DNA of 63,506 bases, from NCBI RefSeq assembly GCF_964213995.1, contig NW_027592097.1, positions 1 to 63,506 on the forward strand. Reading direction: 5' to 3'. The notes below the pieces were generated by a model, which worked only from the letters and a program-made list of their open reading frames with translations, made no database searches and was not told where the DNA came from. Made by a program: the position numbers and the translations under genes. Of this stretch, positions 25,801 to 38,980 are shown piece by piece; the first letter of the stretch is position 1, and every line of letters starts with the position of its first letter. Origin of the DNA: Mustelus asterias. Its lineage: Eukaryota.

Positions 25801-28800
25801 TGGGAAAATGCAGATTTTCAGCATTTTATTAATGATTGTAGAGAAAAATAAGTAAAAGTTTGTTCAATGTTGTATTGTTCTTCATACAATGCTTGTTTCT
25901 ACACAGGAGCGAATCAACCGTGAAGAAAATAATCATCGCACAACACAATTCTCCCCTAAGCTATCCTATTCAAGGTGTTGAGGTCATGCCACTATATTCT
26001 ATTCTTATCCCAGGTCTGTACATATATTTCATTTTCCAGTGAATAGAATTGAAAACAGACAGCTTTATTTTTCACCACAAAGAAATTAATCTTTCAAAAT
26101 GTCCCTGGCTTTAGGTTTAGGGGTACATGTCGCCCAAAGAGAGGACCATATGGTATGTACAACCTTATTGAACATCAGTCATTGACATACAGTCTACTTA
26201 CCTTATCAACACAATTTAATTGGAAATGTATTTTTAACTCTATCTGTTGTACTTATATTACAGAAGTTTTCCACTGAGGCTAGGGGAGAAAAAAACCAGA
26301 GGGCATGGGTTAAGGGTGAAAAGAGAAAAGTTTAAAGGGAATATTAGGGGGGGCTTCTTCACGCAGAGAGTGGTGGGAGCGTGTAATGAGCTGCCGGATA
26401 AAGTGGTAAATGCGGGGTCACTTTTAACATTTAAGAAAAGCTTGGACGGGTTCATGGATGAGAGGGATATGGTCCAAGTGCAGGTCAGTGGGACTAGGCA
26501 AAAAATGGTTCGGCACAGACAAGAAGGGCCAAAGGGTCTGTTTCTGAGCTGTAATTTTCTATGGTTCTATGGTTCTAAGTTCACCAAAGGTTTGGTAGGA
26601 TATTAAGTTATTTGTACTAACATTATATTATTTACTTTTTAGACCAAGGTCAAACTGAAAGCATCACAAGGAGTGTTCAACACAATTGTTGAAACTCCTG
26701 AAGGTGTGTTAAGTGGAACGGGCAAAAAAAAATTAACAATAATCAGCCCAAGCTTGGAAATGGTCAATGATATACTCAAACACGTTACGTATACAAGCAT
26801 AAGGTATCAGATTGATGCTGTTGATCTGGGTAAGCACAACACTTCCTATGTTGCCCTTAAAATACTTCTGTCTCCAGAATTAGGTTTTGTGTACCTGGCA
26901 AATGCTACCAAGTCCTAGTACATGGGTAGTCGGAGCTGTAGTGTGTGAACTCCCCACTTTCTGAGTCAGCTCATTCCCATTATTATTTGCAGCTTCCAAG
27001 GCACCGGTTTGCCTAATTCAGGAACAAGACTAAGAAAATCGTGGCACGTGAAATTTTCATAGAATCCCCTATAATCCCTACAGTGCAGAAGGAGGTCATT
27101 CGGCCCATCAAGTCTGCGCCAACCACAATCCCACCCAGGCTCTATTCCCGTAACCCCACATATTTACCCTGATAATCCCCCTAACACTAGGGTCAATTTA
27201 GCATGGCCAATCAAACTAACCCACATATCTTTGGACTGCAGGAGGAAACCGGAGCACCCGGGGGAAACCCATGCATACATGGGGAGAATGTGCAAACACC
27301 ACACAGATAGTGACCTGAGGCTGGAATTGAACCCGGGTCCCTGGCGCTGTGAGGCAGCAGTGCTAACTACTGTGCCACCACACGCCAGAGATACAGCCAC
27401 GTGAAGAAAATTGACTGGACAAAGTTCAAAGGTTCCTGTGGGCCCCTTAGAAAAGCTCAAAAGATACTTCAGTCCTTTGGCAGCTTACAGCTGTGGGTAA
27501 GGCTGAACGGGTAAGAGGCAGGAAAGAAGGTATCAGACCAAAAATGAAGTAAAAGGAAAATAAATGATACTGAAATGGAGGGTAAATGACCGAGCAGCCG
27601 AGAGCCTGACCCAGTGGCTGGAGAAGGGGGCATTAAGCTGCATGAAGTGAGTGTATCAGGTTTTTCTTATTAACAATCGAGGGCATCCACTCCAGGGCAG
27701 CTGTACATCGTTCCTGCAAATAATCCTGAGATATAAATGGTGGATTTATGCATTTGTACATTTATTCTATTCAATTCATTCAACTGTTGTTCTTTGTTTC
27801 TTTTTCATAAAAGTGCACTTTCAGTTTGAAGAACATACTGCCATTTTTCCAATCATCATCAGACAACCCCCAATGCCACGGTTATTTGATCCCGGACCAG
27901 GTAAAATAAATTGGAATTGAGGTTACAAAAGGAAGATTAGTGAGAAAAGCTGAAGATTAGCTAAATTTTTAAGGCAGAATTTAAATTACCTCTGCCGGCA
28001 ATAGGTACAGAGCTGGTTTGAAATGAATTTCAAATAATTTCAATCATTTTGTTAGATTTCTAACTGGCCTTCTTGAGACAAAATTTGATCAGCATGTCGA
28101 AGCAACTAATTTCAGTTTTCTTTCATCCTTTTTGCAGAGAGTGACATCAACTCCTTGGTTACCATTGTGACAAAGACATTCTTGAGATATCATAAGCTTC
28201 GGATCTTAATCAATAGCATCCGTAAATTTTATCCAAACATTACAATAATCATTGCAGATGACAGCGAAACTCCTGAAAAAATTGAAGGACCCCACATCGA
28301 ACAATACATGATGCCGTTTGCAAAAGTACAGGACTTTTTTTTTGGATGTTATGATGCGCAACATGGATAATGTAAACCGAAATTAAGTTCATGTCATTCT
28401 AGTTCCATTCATAGTTTCTAGCCTATATTGAAGAACTAAGCGTAACCAAAGTCTCGCATTGCCTGGATAAATATCTTGAATATTTAATGTGTAAACGCAT
28501 CACAGAAGCAAAATAAAGGAGTAAGAAAATAGACAAAGCAATTGGTCCCCTTACTTGAGGAGGGATGTAGTTGCCTTGGAGGCAGTTCAGAGAAGGTTCG
28601 CTAGATTGATTCCAGAGATGAGGAGTTTGTCATATGAAGAGAGATTGGGCAGTTTAGGCCTATACTCTCTAGAGTTCAGAAGAATGAGAGGAGATCTAAG
28701 TGAGGTTTATAAGATGCTAAAGGGGATTGACAGGGTTAGACGCAGAGAGGATATTTTCGACAGGGTTAGACGCAGAGAGGATATTTTCTCTCGTGGGGCA

Positions 28801-31800
28801 ATCTGGAATGAGAGGTCATAGTTTCAGGATTAGAGGAAGAAGATATACAACAGAAATTAGGAGAAATTACTTCTCTCAAAGGGTGGTGAATCTGTGGAAT
28901 GCACCACCTCAGAGTGTGGTGGATGTCAGGACATTTGAGGAGGAGGTAGACAGATTTTTAGTTAGAAATGTGTTGAATGGTTATGGTGAATGGACAGGAA
29001 AATGGAGTTGAGGCCACGACAAGATCAGCCATGATCGTATTGAATGGCGGAGCAGGCTCGAGGGGTTGAATTGCCTACTCCTGCTCTTACTTCTTATGTT
29101 CTTATGAAATTCAACAGGTTACAGGGGAATGAATCGTGGATATATTAAAAAAGTAATATTATAATAAAAAAGTAATGTTAAATTAAAATTATATAAAAAT
29201 TACAAATTAATATTCATTCCTACATTACAGGAATGGAATTACATATACATTGCGTACTTTAAGTATTGCATTAAAGACCCAGACAATGTAAGGTTTGGGG
29301 TTACATCAGTACCTTTCCATCCTGCCTCTTAAGTGTTGAATTTAGTTGGATTTCTGATTATTCTGGGCAGGGTGGTAGACAATCTTGCCAATTCAGAACT
29401 GGTTATCGAGGGATTTTCTGAGCTTAGTACCACTCGAACTTTGTGACATGGAAGGTGTCGTTGTTTAGGTCAAGCGTCATCATTTTTGTTAAATGTTCAT
29501 GACTTTGATGATAAGACTTGTCTGAAAACCTTGTTTTCGTGACCAACACTGCATCCATAGAATCATAGAATCCTACCAGTGCAGAGGAGGCCCTGTCCCA
29601 ATCGTTATCAGTGCAGTGCTTTTCAGGTTATGTTTTCCACTTCTGCCTTAAATCTCAAGAACAACCAAACAGATTCTGCTTAGCTGAGTCATAAATAACT
29701 TTTAGCTGTACAAAATCCTTTGTTCTTATTCATTTTACCAAAAAATAGAGGAATGTAAAGCAGAACACACGCTTTCATACACAATTCAATTTTAAAACTA
29801 AAATGGTCAACAATATCATCTATAAAATCTCAAATAAAAGTACTTTTATAAAGTTCATTTACAGGATGTGGGCATCGCTGGCTAGGCCAGCATTTATTGC
29901 CCATCCCTAATTGTCCTTGAGAAGGTGGTGGTGAGCTGCCTTCTTGAATCGCTGCAGTCCCTGAGGTGTAGGCCCACCCACAGTGCTGTTGGCCAGGGAG
30001 TTCCAATTCTTCAGCGATTTAACAAGCACAGAATGTAAGTCAGAGAAAACACATTGCCTTTATTGATAGCTATTCATTTTTGTTATTTTTCTCCCCAGGG
30101 ATGGTTTGCTGGGAGAAATCTGGCAGCTTCCCAGGTCACAACCAAATATCTCCTTTGGGTGGATGAGGACTTTCTATTCACAGAAGAAACGAAACTAGAA
30201 AAACTGGTGGATGTATTGGAAAAAACAAACTTGGATGTGGTAAGGGACCTGTCATGTCTCTGGTTTCCAGAATTCAGAATGATTACATAGAAACATAGAA
30301 GATAGGAGCAGGAGAAGGCCATATGGCCCTTCGAGCCTGCTCCGCCATTCATCACGATCATGGCTGATCATTCAACTCAATCGCCTAATACTGCTTTCTC
30401 CCCATAACCTTTGATCCCATTCACCTCAAGTGTAATATCTAGCCACCTCTTGAATGCATTACACCTAAATTCAAAATGCTGGAGCTTCATTAAGTATATT
30501 TAGAGTCATAGGGTGGAGTTTTCCGGTTGCGTTTGCCCCAAGGTCGTAAATTCCCATCTGAGGTCAATGGAACTTTACATGGTCCCCCCTCCCCGCCCGC
30601 TATGATTCCCATGGTGGGTGGGACAGGAAAATTCCACCATTAGAGTCACAGAGCAATACAGCACGGAAAGAGTCTCTTCAGCCCAGCCAGCCCATGCCAA
30701 CCATGGTGCCTCCCCAGCTAGTCCCAATTGGCCCACATCTCTCTAATCCTTTCCCATCCATGTACTTATCCAAATGCTTTTTTCTTGCATCTCTCCATGT
30801 GGCTGATAGGCTGATAGACCATTACACTGCTACACCGTACATGACTGCGGTGCAACAGTTAATTTTACCCTGAGATTAAAAAATCACTTAATTAGTTCCT
30901 AGCTCTCTAGGGTGGAGAGAAAGATCAACTTAATGCAAAGTAGGTCCATTCAAAAGTCTGACAGCAGCAGGGAAGAAGCTGTTCTTGAGTCGGTTGGTAC
31001 GTGACCTCAGACTTTTGAATCTTTTTCCCGACGGAAGAAGGTAGAAGAGAGAATGTCGGGGTGCGTGGGGTGCTTAATTATGCTGGTTTCTTTGCCGAGG
31101 CAGCAGAAGTGTAGACAGAGTCAATGGATGGGAGGCTGGTTTGCATGATGGATTGGGCTACATTCACGACCTTTTGTAATTCCTTGCGGTCTTGGTCAGA
31201 GCAGGAGCCACACCAAGCTGTGATACAACCAGAAAGAATGCTTTCTATAGTGCATCTCTAAAAGTTGGTGAGAGTCGTAGCTGCCATGCCAAATTTCCTT
31301 AGTCATCTGAGAAAGTGGAGGCGTTGGTGGGCTTTCTTAACTATAGTGTCGGCATGGGGGGACCAGGACAGGTTGTTGGTGATCTGGACACCTAAAAACT
31401 TGAAGCTCTCGACCCTTTCTACTTCGTCCCCATTGATGTAGACAGGGGCATGTTCTCCTTTACGCTTCCTGAAGTCGATGATAATCTCCTTCATTTTGTT
31501 GACATTGAGGGAGAGATTATTGTCACCGCACCAGTTCACCAGATTCTCTATCTCATTCCTGTACTCTGTCTCGTCATTGTTTGAGATCTGTCCCATTACA
31601 ATAGTGTCATCAGCAAACTTGAAAATTGAATTAGAGGGGAATTTGGCTACACAGTTACAGTATAAGTATAGTAGGGGGCTCAGCCTTGTGGGGCACCGGT
31701 GTTGAGGATGATCATGGAGGAGGTTTTGTTGCCTATCCTTACTGATTGTGGTCTGTGAGTTAGGAAGTTCAGGATCCAGTCACAGAGGGAGGTGCCGAGG

Positions 31801-34800
31801 CCCAGGCCACGGAATTTGGAGATGAGTTTCGTGGGGATAATGGTGTTGAAGGCTGAGCTGTAGTCAGTAAATAGGAGTCTGATATAAGTGTCTTTGTTAC
31901 CTAGGCGTTGCAGGGTTGAGTGCAGGGCCGGGGGATGGCGTCTGCTATGGGCCTGTTGCAGCGATAGGCAAACTGTAGTGGATCCAGGTAGTCTGGGAGG
32001 CTGGAATTGATTCGTGCCATGACTAGCCTCTCAAACACTTCATAATGATGGATGTCAGAGCCACCGGCCAATTGTCATTAAGGCACGCTGCTTGGTTTTT
32101 CTTAGGTACCGGGATGATGGTCGTCTTCTTAAAGCAGATAGGGACCTCAGATTTTTGTAAAGAGAGGGTGAAGATGTCTGTGAATACCCCCGCCAGCTGA
32201 TCCGCGCAGGATCTGAGTGCCCGTCCTGGTACCCCATCCAGGCCAGTCACTTCCCGTGGGTTGCCCTTCAAGCTCTGACATCTGCAATGGTGACCCCAGG
32301 TACAGGTTCATCCAGGGCTTCCAGGGTGGAGGGCATGCTCTCGCTAACATCTTGCTCAAAATGGGCATAGGATGCAATGAGCTCATCAGGGAGGGGTGCG
32401 TTGGAACCGACGATTTTACACACCTTCATCTTGTAGCCTGTTATGTCTTGCAGACCTTGCCATAGTCGGCGGGGGTCGGTGTGGCTAGCCTGGGACTCTA
32501 GCTTGGTCAGGTACTGTCTTTTGGCATCTTTGATGGATCTCCTTAGATCATATCTGGCTTTCTTGTATAAGTGAGGGTCGTCTGACTTGATCATCTCAGA
32601 CCTGGCCTTCGGCAAGCAGTGGATATCCCTGTTCATCCATGGTTTCCAGTTGGGGAACACACAGATTTGATTCTTTGGCACACAATCTTCTACACACTTG
32701 CTAATGAAGTCGGTTACTGTAGTGGCGTACTCGTTCAGGCTGGTCGCAGTTTTTAAATACTGACCAGTCCACTGACTCCAAGTAGGAGACTATCTGATTC
32801 CTCAGACCAACATTGCACGATTTTCTTTGATGGATTCTCCCGCTTCAGTTTTTGCTTGTAAGCCGGGGGCAGGAGCGCAGCCTTGTGGTCTGATTTGCTA
32901 AAGTGTGGGCGGGCGATGGAGCGATAGGCATGTTTGATATTTGTGTAGCAGAGGTCTAGGATGTTTGGGCCTTTGATGGAGCAGGAGACATGTTGGTGGC
33001 AACTTGGTAGAACGCTCTTGAGCTTGGCCTGATTAAAGTCCCCGGCCACGATGAACAAAGCTTTGGGATGTTTTGTCTCAAGGCTATTCGTAGTGGTGTA
33101 TATTTCGTCCAGCGCGATCTTCATGTTCGCATGGGGTGGGATGTAAACTGCCTTCAGGATAACGGAGGTGAACTCCCGCGGACGGTAGTAGAGGTGGCAT
33201 TTTAGCATCAGGTATTATGGATAACATAACAACGTTACAGGATCTCTTCTATTAACTGTATTGAGGTGGCTACTTTTCCAGTGTGGAGAAAACCATGGGC
33301 AGGATCCTTGTGTTCCGCCAAAGTCAACCTCTGCCGTGGGCCCCCGATGGCAGGACAGGCGAGGCAGGCAAATTGCCAATGACTTCGGTGGAACCAGAAG
33401 ATCCCGCCAGTGGCCATTGGCGAGCCGCTTCAGCCGCAGGAGATTCCGGACCATTCTTCCTCCCTGATAGATACAATTGTAATGCCACATTGCTACTTGT
33501 CATTACTATTTGCACCATTAACACCTTTATTTGTCAATGTGACACCTGTTTCTACAAATTAGCACATGTATATTTAAGGAGAAGGATGAACATATGACAA
33601 TCTTGTGGAGAATTTGTCAAGGCAAATTATAAGACAGAATGAGTTAACAATGATTGAAATGCTTTGATAAAGAAGAATGTTCAAAAAATCAGCCTGTTAA
33701 ACAAAGGCATGCCTTTCTTTAGAGGTACAGAACTGAGGTATTATTGCTGATCACAGAATCCCTATAGTGCAGAAGGAGGCCATTCGACCCATCGGCCAAC
33801 AGAGTATTGTACCCAGGTCCACTCCCCCGCCCCATCCATGTAACCCCAATCATTTACTCCACTAATTCCCCTGACCTACACATCTTGGGACACTTAAGGG
33901 GCAATTTAGCGTGGCCAACCCACCTAACCTGCACAACTTTAGACTGTGGGAGGAAACCGGAGCACCCAGAGGAAACCCACACAGACACGGGGAGAAAGGA
34001 GCACAGACAGTCACCCAAGGTCGGAATTGAACCCGGTTCCCTGGTGCTGTGAGGCAGCTGTTCTAACCGTGCCACCCATTAGTATGAATGCTTATCAAGC
34101 TTTTATAAAATTATTTTGTCTGCTATGTTAATGCAAACATTAACCTTCTTGTTTTAAATAAGAGCCACCATTAAAAATTGCAAAACATACATTATAATCA
34201 CACCATAATATCTAGACTATAATTAAATGAATATCTTCAAATCAACCTCATTGCATATGTGCCATTTTCTCAAACACCAAATACCAATGAATGTTATTTT
34301 CTGTAGGTTGGCGCCTCTGTGAGTGGGAGTCGATTCCAGTTTAAGCTGTGGTATGAGAAAGGAAGCGATGATGGGGACTGCCTATTTTCCCAGTTTGGTA
34401 GTTTCCACACACTGGATGGGTTTCCACGCTGCGTGGTAACCAGCCTTGTGGTGAACTTTTTTCTGGCCAGGACACAAAAGGTATGGAGTGTTGGATTTGA
34501 CCCACGATTGTCAAGGGTCGCTCATCCAGGTAATCTCACTCATGTAATTGTATGTTTGCACTAGTTCTGGTAACTAACCAGCTTTGATCAATTTTTGTCT
34601 ATGGATGCGCCTAGTTATCCTTGTAAAGCATAGCTCACGAGATTCTCCGGGTGGGATTCACTGCACCCATGGCCTGTTTTGGGGTGGCAGAGTCCTCTGT
34701 GAACATCATGACTGTTTTGGGGTGGCAGAGGCAGCCTGCCATTGGCCAGTGTGGGATCTCCCAGTCCTGCCCTGGTCAATGGGTTTTCCCATTGTTCACA

Positions 34801-36481
34801 CCCTCTGCCCCCAGGGGGCCCCTGACAGGAGTATTCAAGGGTGGGATCCGAAGAAACAACCAATTTACAGCTGCAAACCTCCTTTTTCCCCCCCGAGGGA
34901 AAGGAACTGCCTGACAAGGGCTCATCTGGTTAACCTTTCTATTATGACAAGTTCTCTCCATAGAATCCCAAGGGCAGTGGAGGTGAGTGTAATAGTGTAA
35001 GTGGGATGCCTCTAGAACATGGCTGTCATCAGCCTTGTCAAAGAGCGATGTCTTCATGCATTAGAGGAAGACTCACCCTTTGTCCCTCTGAAAGCATGGA
35101 GCACACGCGATCATTAAAACAACTGGCAGTGAGAATGAACCCAGGAAACTTCCAATCAGTGCAAGCTAACATACATTTACAAGTTGTCAAAACTGTATAC
35201 AATGATTCGACACCGTATCACCAATGTTAATTCAAAATTTCTTAATTTTCCTCACTCTACCACTTGGTCTGCCTGTGTTCCCAATATCCGCAGCAGAGGT
35301 GGAGGCAGTCTGCTAGCCACCATGCCCCCTTGTCTGTGATGACTTTGGCAGGCATTGTCTGGAAGTCTAAGGCTTGGAGGTCTCTGCACTGCTTTGGGGT
35401 CTCCTGCTCAGGTGCAGGCCCGTTCTCCCAGAACTCAGAAGCAGACGGGGTCACAGGCAGAGGGGATTGGGAAAGCCTTGTATTGTTCTGGGTGGATGCC
35501 CCCTGGGTGTCACCTGACACTCCTCCTCCCTTTGGGTGCCTGAGGGCCTGCCCTGACTCTTTGAGGTGAAAGGGCACATGGAGGGAGGTTAAGGGACCCC
35601 CATCCCGTTTAGCATAGCCCCTGCAGTGGCGCACTCTGGCCAGAGTGATGGATTACAGGTCTGGGCAAGTATCTGGCAGAAACTGTGTTCTGCTGGATCT
35701 CCATGGCCTCCACCATCTTCCCCATGGAAACTTCCATGTATTCACATTCCAGAGCCACAACATCAGTGAGAATGCTTATATATTTCTCCGTCTCTCTTGC
35801 CACTCTGTTGAGGACCTCTGATAGGATGTTCCCCTGCGTCTCCAGCAGTGTCTCCATGACCACTTCCAGGATCTCAACATCTGACTCAGACTTAGCAGGG
35901 GCCTCCTCTCCAGCGTTCAATTGAGTGCCAGAGATCTTGGCTGTCACTGCCTCCTCCTGCGTGGACATCCCTCTGTAAGGTGATCCTCTGTGAACCCAAA
36001 CCTAAACTAGATATATTACCCACTGAGGTGAGCATCTCCGGGCTACTGGAGGGTGCAAGTGAATGCAATGATGGCTGGACATGAGAGATGTAGATTTGGT
36101 CTTCCTCCAGTGTGCTGGGGGGCTGGGGCGTACTTCTGCCGTGGGGGGCTGCCACCCACTTTGGATGGATTATCTTTTTCTGTCCTACATTGTGGCAGAA
36201 AAAAAGTCAGAGGTTGAGATAAAGTAATGCTAATTACAAAAATTTCTTTTGAAACATTCCCAGAGTTTTTCATTGATGGCCTTGGTAGTTTGCTTGTGGG
36301 ATCATGCAACGATGTTCACATAGTTCACCAGAAGAAAGAAAAACAAACACAGGAATCACTGAAGGCAGTTGAAAGGAGATATGCAACTTTTAGACATGCA
36401 AATAAGAGCCAATTCAAATCCCGCCTTGCGTTGGTTCATTTCAAAAATTGGCTTAAATGTTACACCCAGTACAAACACTGA
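22652..36481 (+). CDS. B4GALNT2: B4GALNT2-like beta-1,4-N-acetylgalactosaminyltransferase, copy B (10 coding exons, 1530 nt, about 509 aa, type II Golgi membrane protein)
   Basis: Exons 22652-22851, 23595-23735, 25907-26013, 26115-26152, 26643-26829, 27814-27900, 28138-28325, 30099-30239, 34307-34529 and 36264-36481 all have AG/GT ends and consistent phases, with no internal stop. The product has an N-terminal hydrophobic anchor, a CSC stem motif, and [42 protein letters not shown] and GFDPRL. Confidence 0.9.
23595..23735 (+). CDS. B4GALNT2: Copy B stem exon
   Basis: ttttacag|G TCA...ECSC...[14 protein letters not shown]|gtaat; phase 2/2. Confidence 0.85.
25907..26013 (+). CDS. B4GALNT2: Copy B exon
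   Basis: acacag|G...[29 protein letters not shown]|gtctgt. Confidence 0.9.
26115..26152 (+). CDS. B4GALNT2: Copy B 38-bp micro-exon
   Basis: ctttag|GT TTA GGG...CAT ATG|gtatgt; (G)[12 protein letters not shown] bridges phase 1 to phase 0. Confidence 0.82.
26263..26577 (+). mobile_element. CR1 LINE 3' fragment
   Basis: KTRGH...FFTQRVV...; (atggttct)n tail. Confidence 0.85.
26643..26829 (+). CDS. B4GALNT2: Copy B exon (alternative in-frame acceptor at 26649)
   Basis: tttttag|ACCAAG|GTC; [12 protein letters not shown]...ILKHVTYTS...VDL G|gtaag. Confidence 0.88.
27814..27900 (+). CDS. B4GALNT2: Copy B exon
   Basis: aaag|TG CAC...[19 protein letters not shown]|gtaaa. Confidence 0.88.
28138..28325 (+). 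CDS. B4GALNT2: Copy B exon (start of GT-A domain)
   Basis: ttgcag|AG AGT; [20 protein letters not shown]...IADDS...MPFAK|gtacag. Confidence 0.92.
28543..29105 (+). mobile_element. CR1 LINE 3' fragment with an internal 30-bp tandem duplication (28729-28788)
   Basis: [13 protein letters not shown]...RMRGDL...[10 protein letters not shown]; cttatgttcttatg tail. Confidence 0.88.
30099..30239 (+). CDS. B4GALNT2: Copy B DxD exon
   Basis: ccccag|GGA TGG; [25 protein letters not shown]...LDV|gtaag. Confidence 0.93.
30911..33213 (-). mobile_element. Rex1/Babar-type LINE, frameshifted (APE endonuclease and RT)
   Basis: [14 protein letters not shown] and SDH (APE); [27 protein letters not shown] and [23 protein letters not shown]. 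Confidence 0.85.
34307..34529 (+). CDS. B4GALNT2: Copy B penultimate exon
   Basis: ctgtag|GTT GGC; [14 protein letters not shown]...[13 protein letters not shown]|gtaat. Confidence 0.92.
34636..36200 (-). mobile_element. Degenerate GC-richer DNA-transposon remnant, possibly the C-terminal part of a Harbinger Myb-like ORF
   Basis: Begins with a gattctcc TIR-like end; coiled-coil-like ORF at 35609-35968; family call is inferred. Confidence 0.35.
36264..36481 (+). CDS. B4GALNT2: Copy B last coding exon
   Basis: cccag|AG TTT; (E)[14 protein letters not shown]...[13 protein letters not shown], then TGA. Confidence 0.92.
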
Positions 36482-36731
36482 AGGACTGGATTGTCTTTAC
36501 ATTTCACCACCTATTGAAGATTTCCTCCTTTGTATACAAGCGAAGTTGCTTGAAGTAATCATTTTTATTTGAAAACAGGATTGAGCGCTTGGGCAACGAC
36601 CCACACAATCAAGTTTAACTTCTCATGGTGCAAGTCAAATCAGTAAAAATATTAATCTTGTTTATTCACCTATTGATCATGATTCACTGAACCAACTGCA
36701 GGTAGAAACTACACTTTTGCTTGAACTACAA

Positions 36732-36737
36732 AATAAA
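36732..36737 (+). terminator. Candidate poly(A) signal of copy B (alternative at 37773)
   Basis: AATAAA about 250 nt after the stop codon. Confidence 0.35.
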
Positions 36738-38771
36738 TTTTATTTCAAAGGGAAATTTTGAAATAAGCAGGTTCAATGTCATCAAAACTGGCTTCTGGAT
36801 ATGTATGCAATAGTACACTTCAAAGGAATTAAAGAAAGTCAGGAATAAGGAAATATCATTCAGCCTGTCAAAGCTTATCTTTCTAAATGTGCATGTATAC
36901 TAGAAGTGTGCTGTCATTGCAAAATGACTATTACTCAGTGCCAACATTAATCTTGTACAACATTAATCGTTTGTTAAGAATCATAGAATCCTACAGTGCA
37001 GAAGGCACATCGAGTCTATACCGACCACAATCCCACCCATGCCCTTACCCAAGCTAGTCCCCCTGACACTGAGAGACAATTTAACATGGCCAATCCACCT
37101 AACCCGCATATCTTTGCGGACTGTGGGAGGAAACCGGAGCACCTGGAGGAAACTCGCGCACATGGGGAGAATGTACAAACTCTACACAGACAGTGACCCA
37201 AGCCGGGAATCGAACCTGGGTCCCTGGCGCTGTGAGGCAGCAATGCTAACCACTTGCCACCATGCCACCTAACTGGACACCAAAGCAAGTTGAAGAGAGC
37301 CTCCTTTCTAGGAACATGTTAAAGTCACTGTTCATATACTGAGTAAAAGATGATCCTGGAGCCAGTCTTTTCCTTAATACAAGTTTATTCACAAAACTTA
37401 CAACCACCCGATTCCTCCCCTTACACCGGTGTAAACCAGTTCTTACATACTTAAGAATAATTCCCTAATCTTTCCCCATTTAGTAACAGACAAAAGCATG
37501 TGCTTCATTGTAACAGGATTCCAACATTAACAATGGGAACCTGTGGAACTCCTCCAGACAACCTCACTCATAGTCACACTGGTGTTGGTTTAGACCCCAA
37601 TCCCCGATGCTTTTAGTTACAGTGCTGGTACCAATCAAAACCAATTTAAACTGTCACACAGTTTGTAAACAATCACTAACCTGCCACCATTGTATTTAAT
37701 TGTCTTTCCAATGACCCTGATGTTTTTGACATTATTGCTTTGTTGACTATTTTAATCATTTACCATTGTTTGAATAAATGGAGTTTTTTGGCATATCCAT
37801 TCCATTTTTATTTGCAGACTTTTATTTATCAGTCGTCAATTTTCTTCTCTAATTTACATCAATTATGTGTAATTGATTTTTAAATATATTTTGATAAGAT
37901 CCTATCTAACTACTTTCCTTTATTATGTTAAATTTTAAACTTCACAGTTCTTTATATCATAGCGTATCCATTTTACACATGGGATTGGTTTTGTTACTGT
38001 TTTCTGGAATTCAACTTTTTGCCATTTGTTCACAGTAACTTCATTGCAGTGTTAATGTAAGTAAGCCTTACTTGTGACGAATAAATAAACTTTAAAATCT
38101 GGCTGCATGCATTGCCCATTCCTAGAGATGGAAGTCGTTCAAGTGAATTTGTTGTGGCATGGTGACCAAAACGGAGGACAGCGTGTTCTAACAAATGCCA
38201 GCACAAACTCTGCAAATTTCAGTCAGAGTAAGTTTTCAAAGACTCAACTGTCAAAGCAAACACACACATAGAAGGATGAAGCAGAAAATCAGATTAGGGA
38301 GACCTGCGCATCCAACATGCAACCCTCACAATTCTCCAGTTGCTGAAATTAATGACCTAAAAATCAGATATGCTGTAAATTGGGCATATAAGTTCAAATG
38401 TTATGATGCTGTCTCCTATTCTTCTGTAAAAAGCTCCAAATTAAGGGCACTTATTGTGATTTTATGTAAATAAATCTATGGTGCTACTTGGCAACACCCA
38501 AATTTGGACAAAATAAAGCAACATATATTTCTGTTACTATTAATGCAATAAGATGCTTAGAATTAGATGTCATTACTTCTTCCTCCATATCAGGTTTTGA
38601 ACAAAAGAAATTAGCTTTTTAAATGGTTATTGTTCCCGTGTTCAATATTGTTCCTGTATGGAATCAGCCGCTGTATTAGAATTGGGCTCTTCAGATCTTT
38701 AATCTCAATATGCAATGCTTTTTTCACAAAATCCATTCATTGAAACTAATGTTCGCTTTGACTACAATAAA

Positions 38772-38980
38772 AACAAAATACTGCGGATGCTGGAATCCGA
38801 AACAAAAACAGCTGGAAAAACACAGCAGGTCTGGCAGCAACTGCAGGGAGAGAAAACAGAAATTCCAGCTGGAGGACAATGGACATTTCTGTTGTCCACC
38901 CCTCGCCCGCTCCGAATCGGGCGAGGCAGTAGAATTATGGCAAATGTTTCGAGTCCGTATGACTTTTCATCAGAACGAAA
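38772..38980 (-). mobile_element. Penelope-like family 2 terminus with hammerhead motif (38940-38977), interrupted by a MITE
   Basis: Minus strand: GTT CTGATGA AAAGTC ATAC GGACTC GAAA CATT. Related pieces at about 5990-6044, 12867-12991, 17168-17250 with 17490-17535, 21990-22075, 45232-45365 and 63172-63223. Confidence 0.6.

Noticed and set aside
28729-28788. Perfect 30-bp tandem duplication
   Set aside because: It lies inside a dead CR1 fragment; ordinary slippage or an assembly artefact
37329-37532. Possible solo LTR (TG...CA)
   Set aside because: No matching TSD or polypurine tract seen
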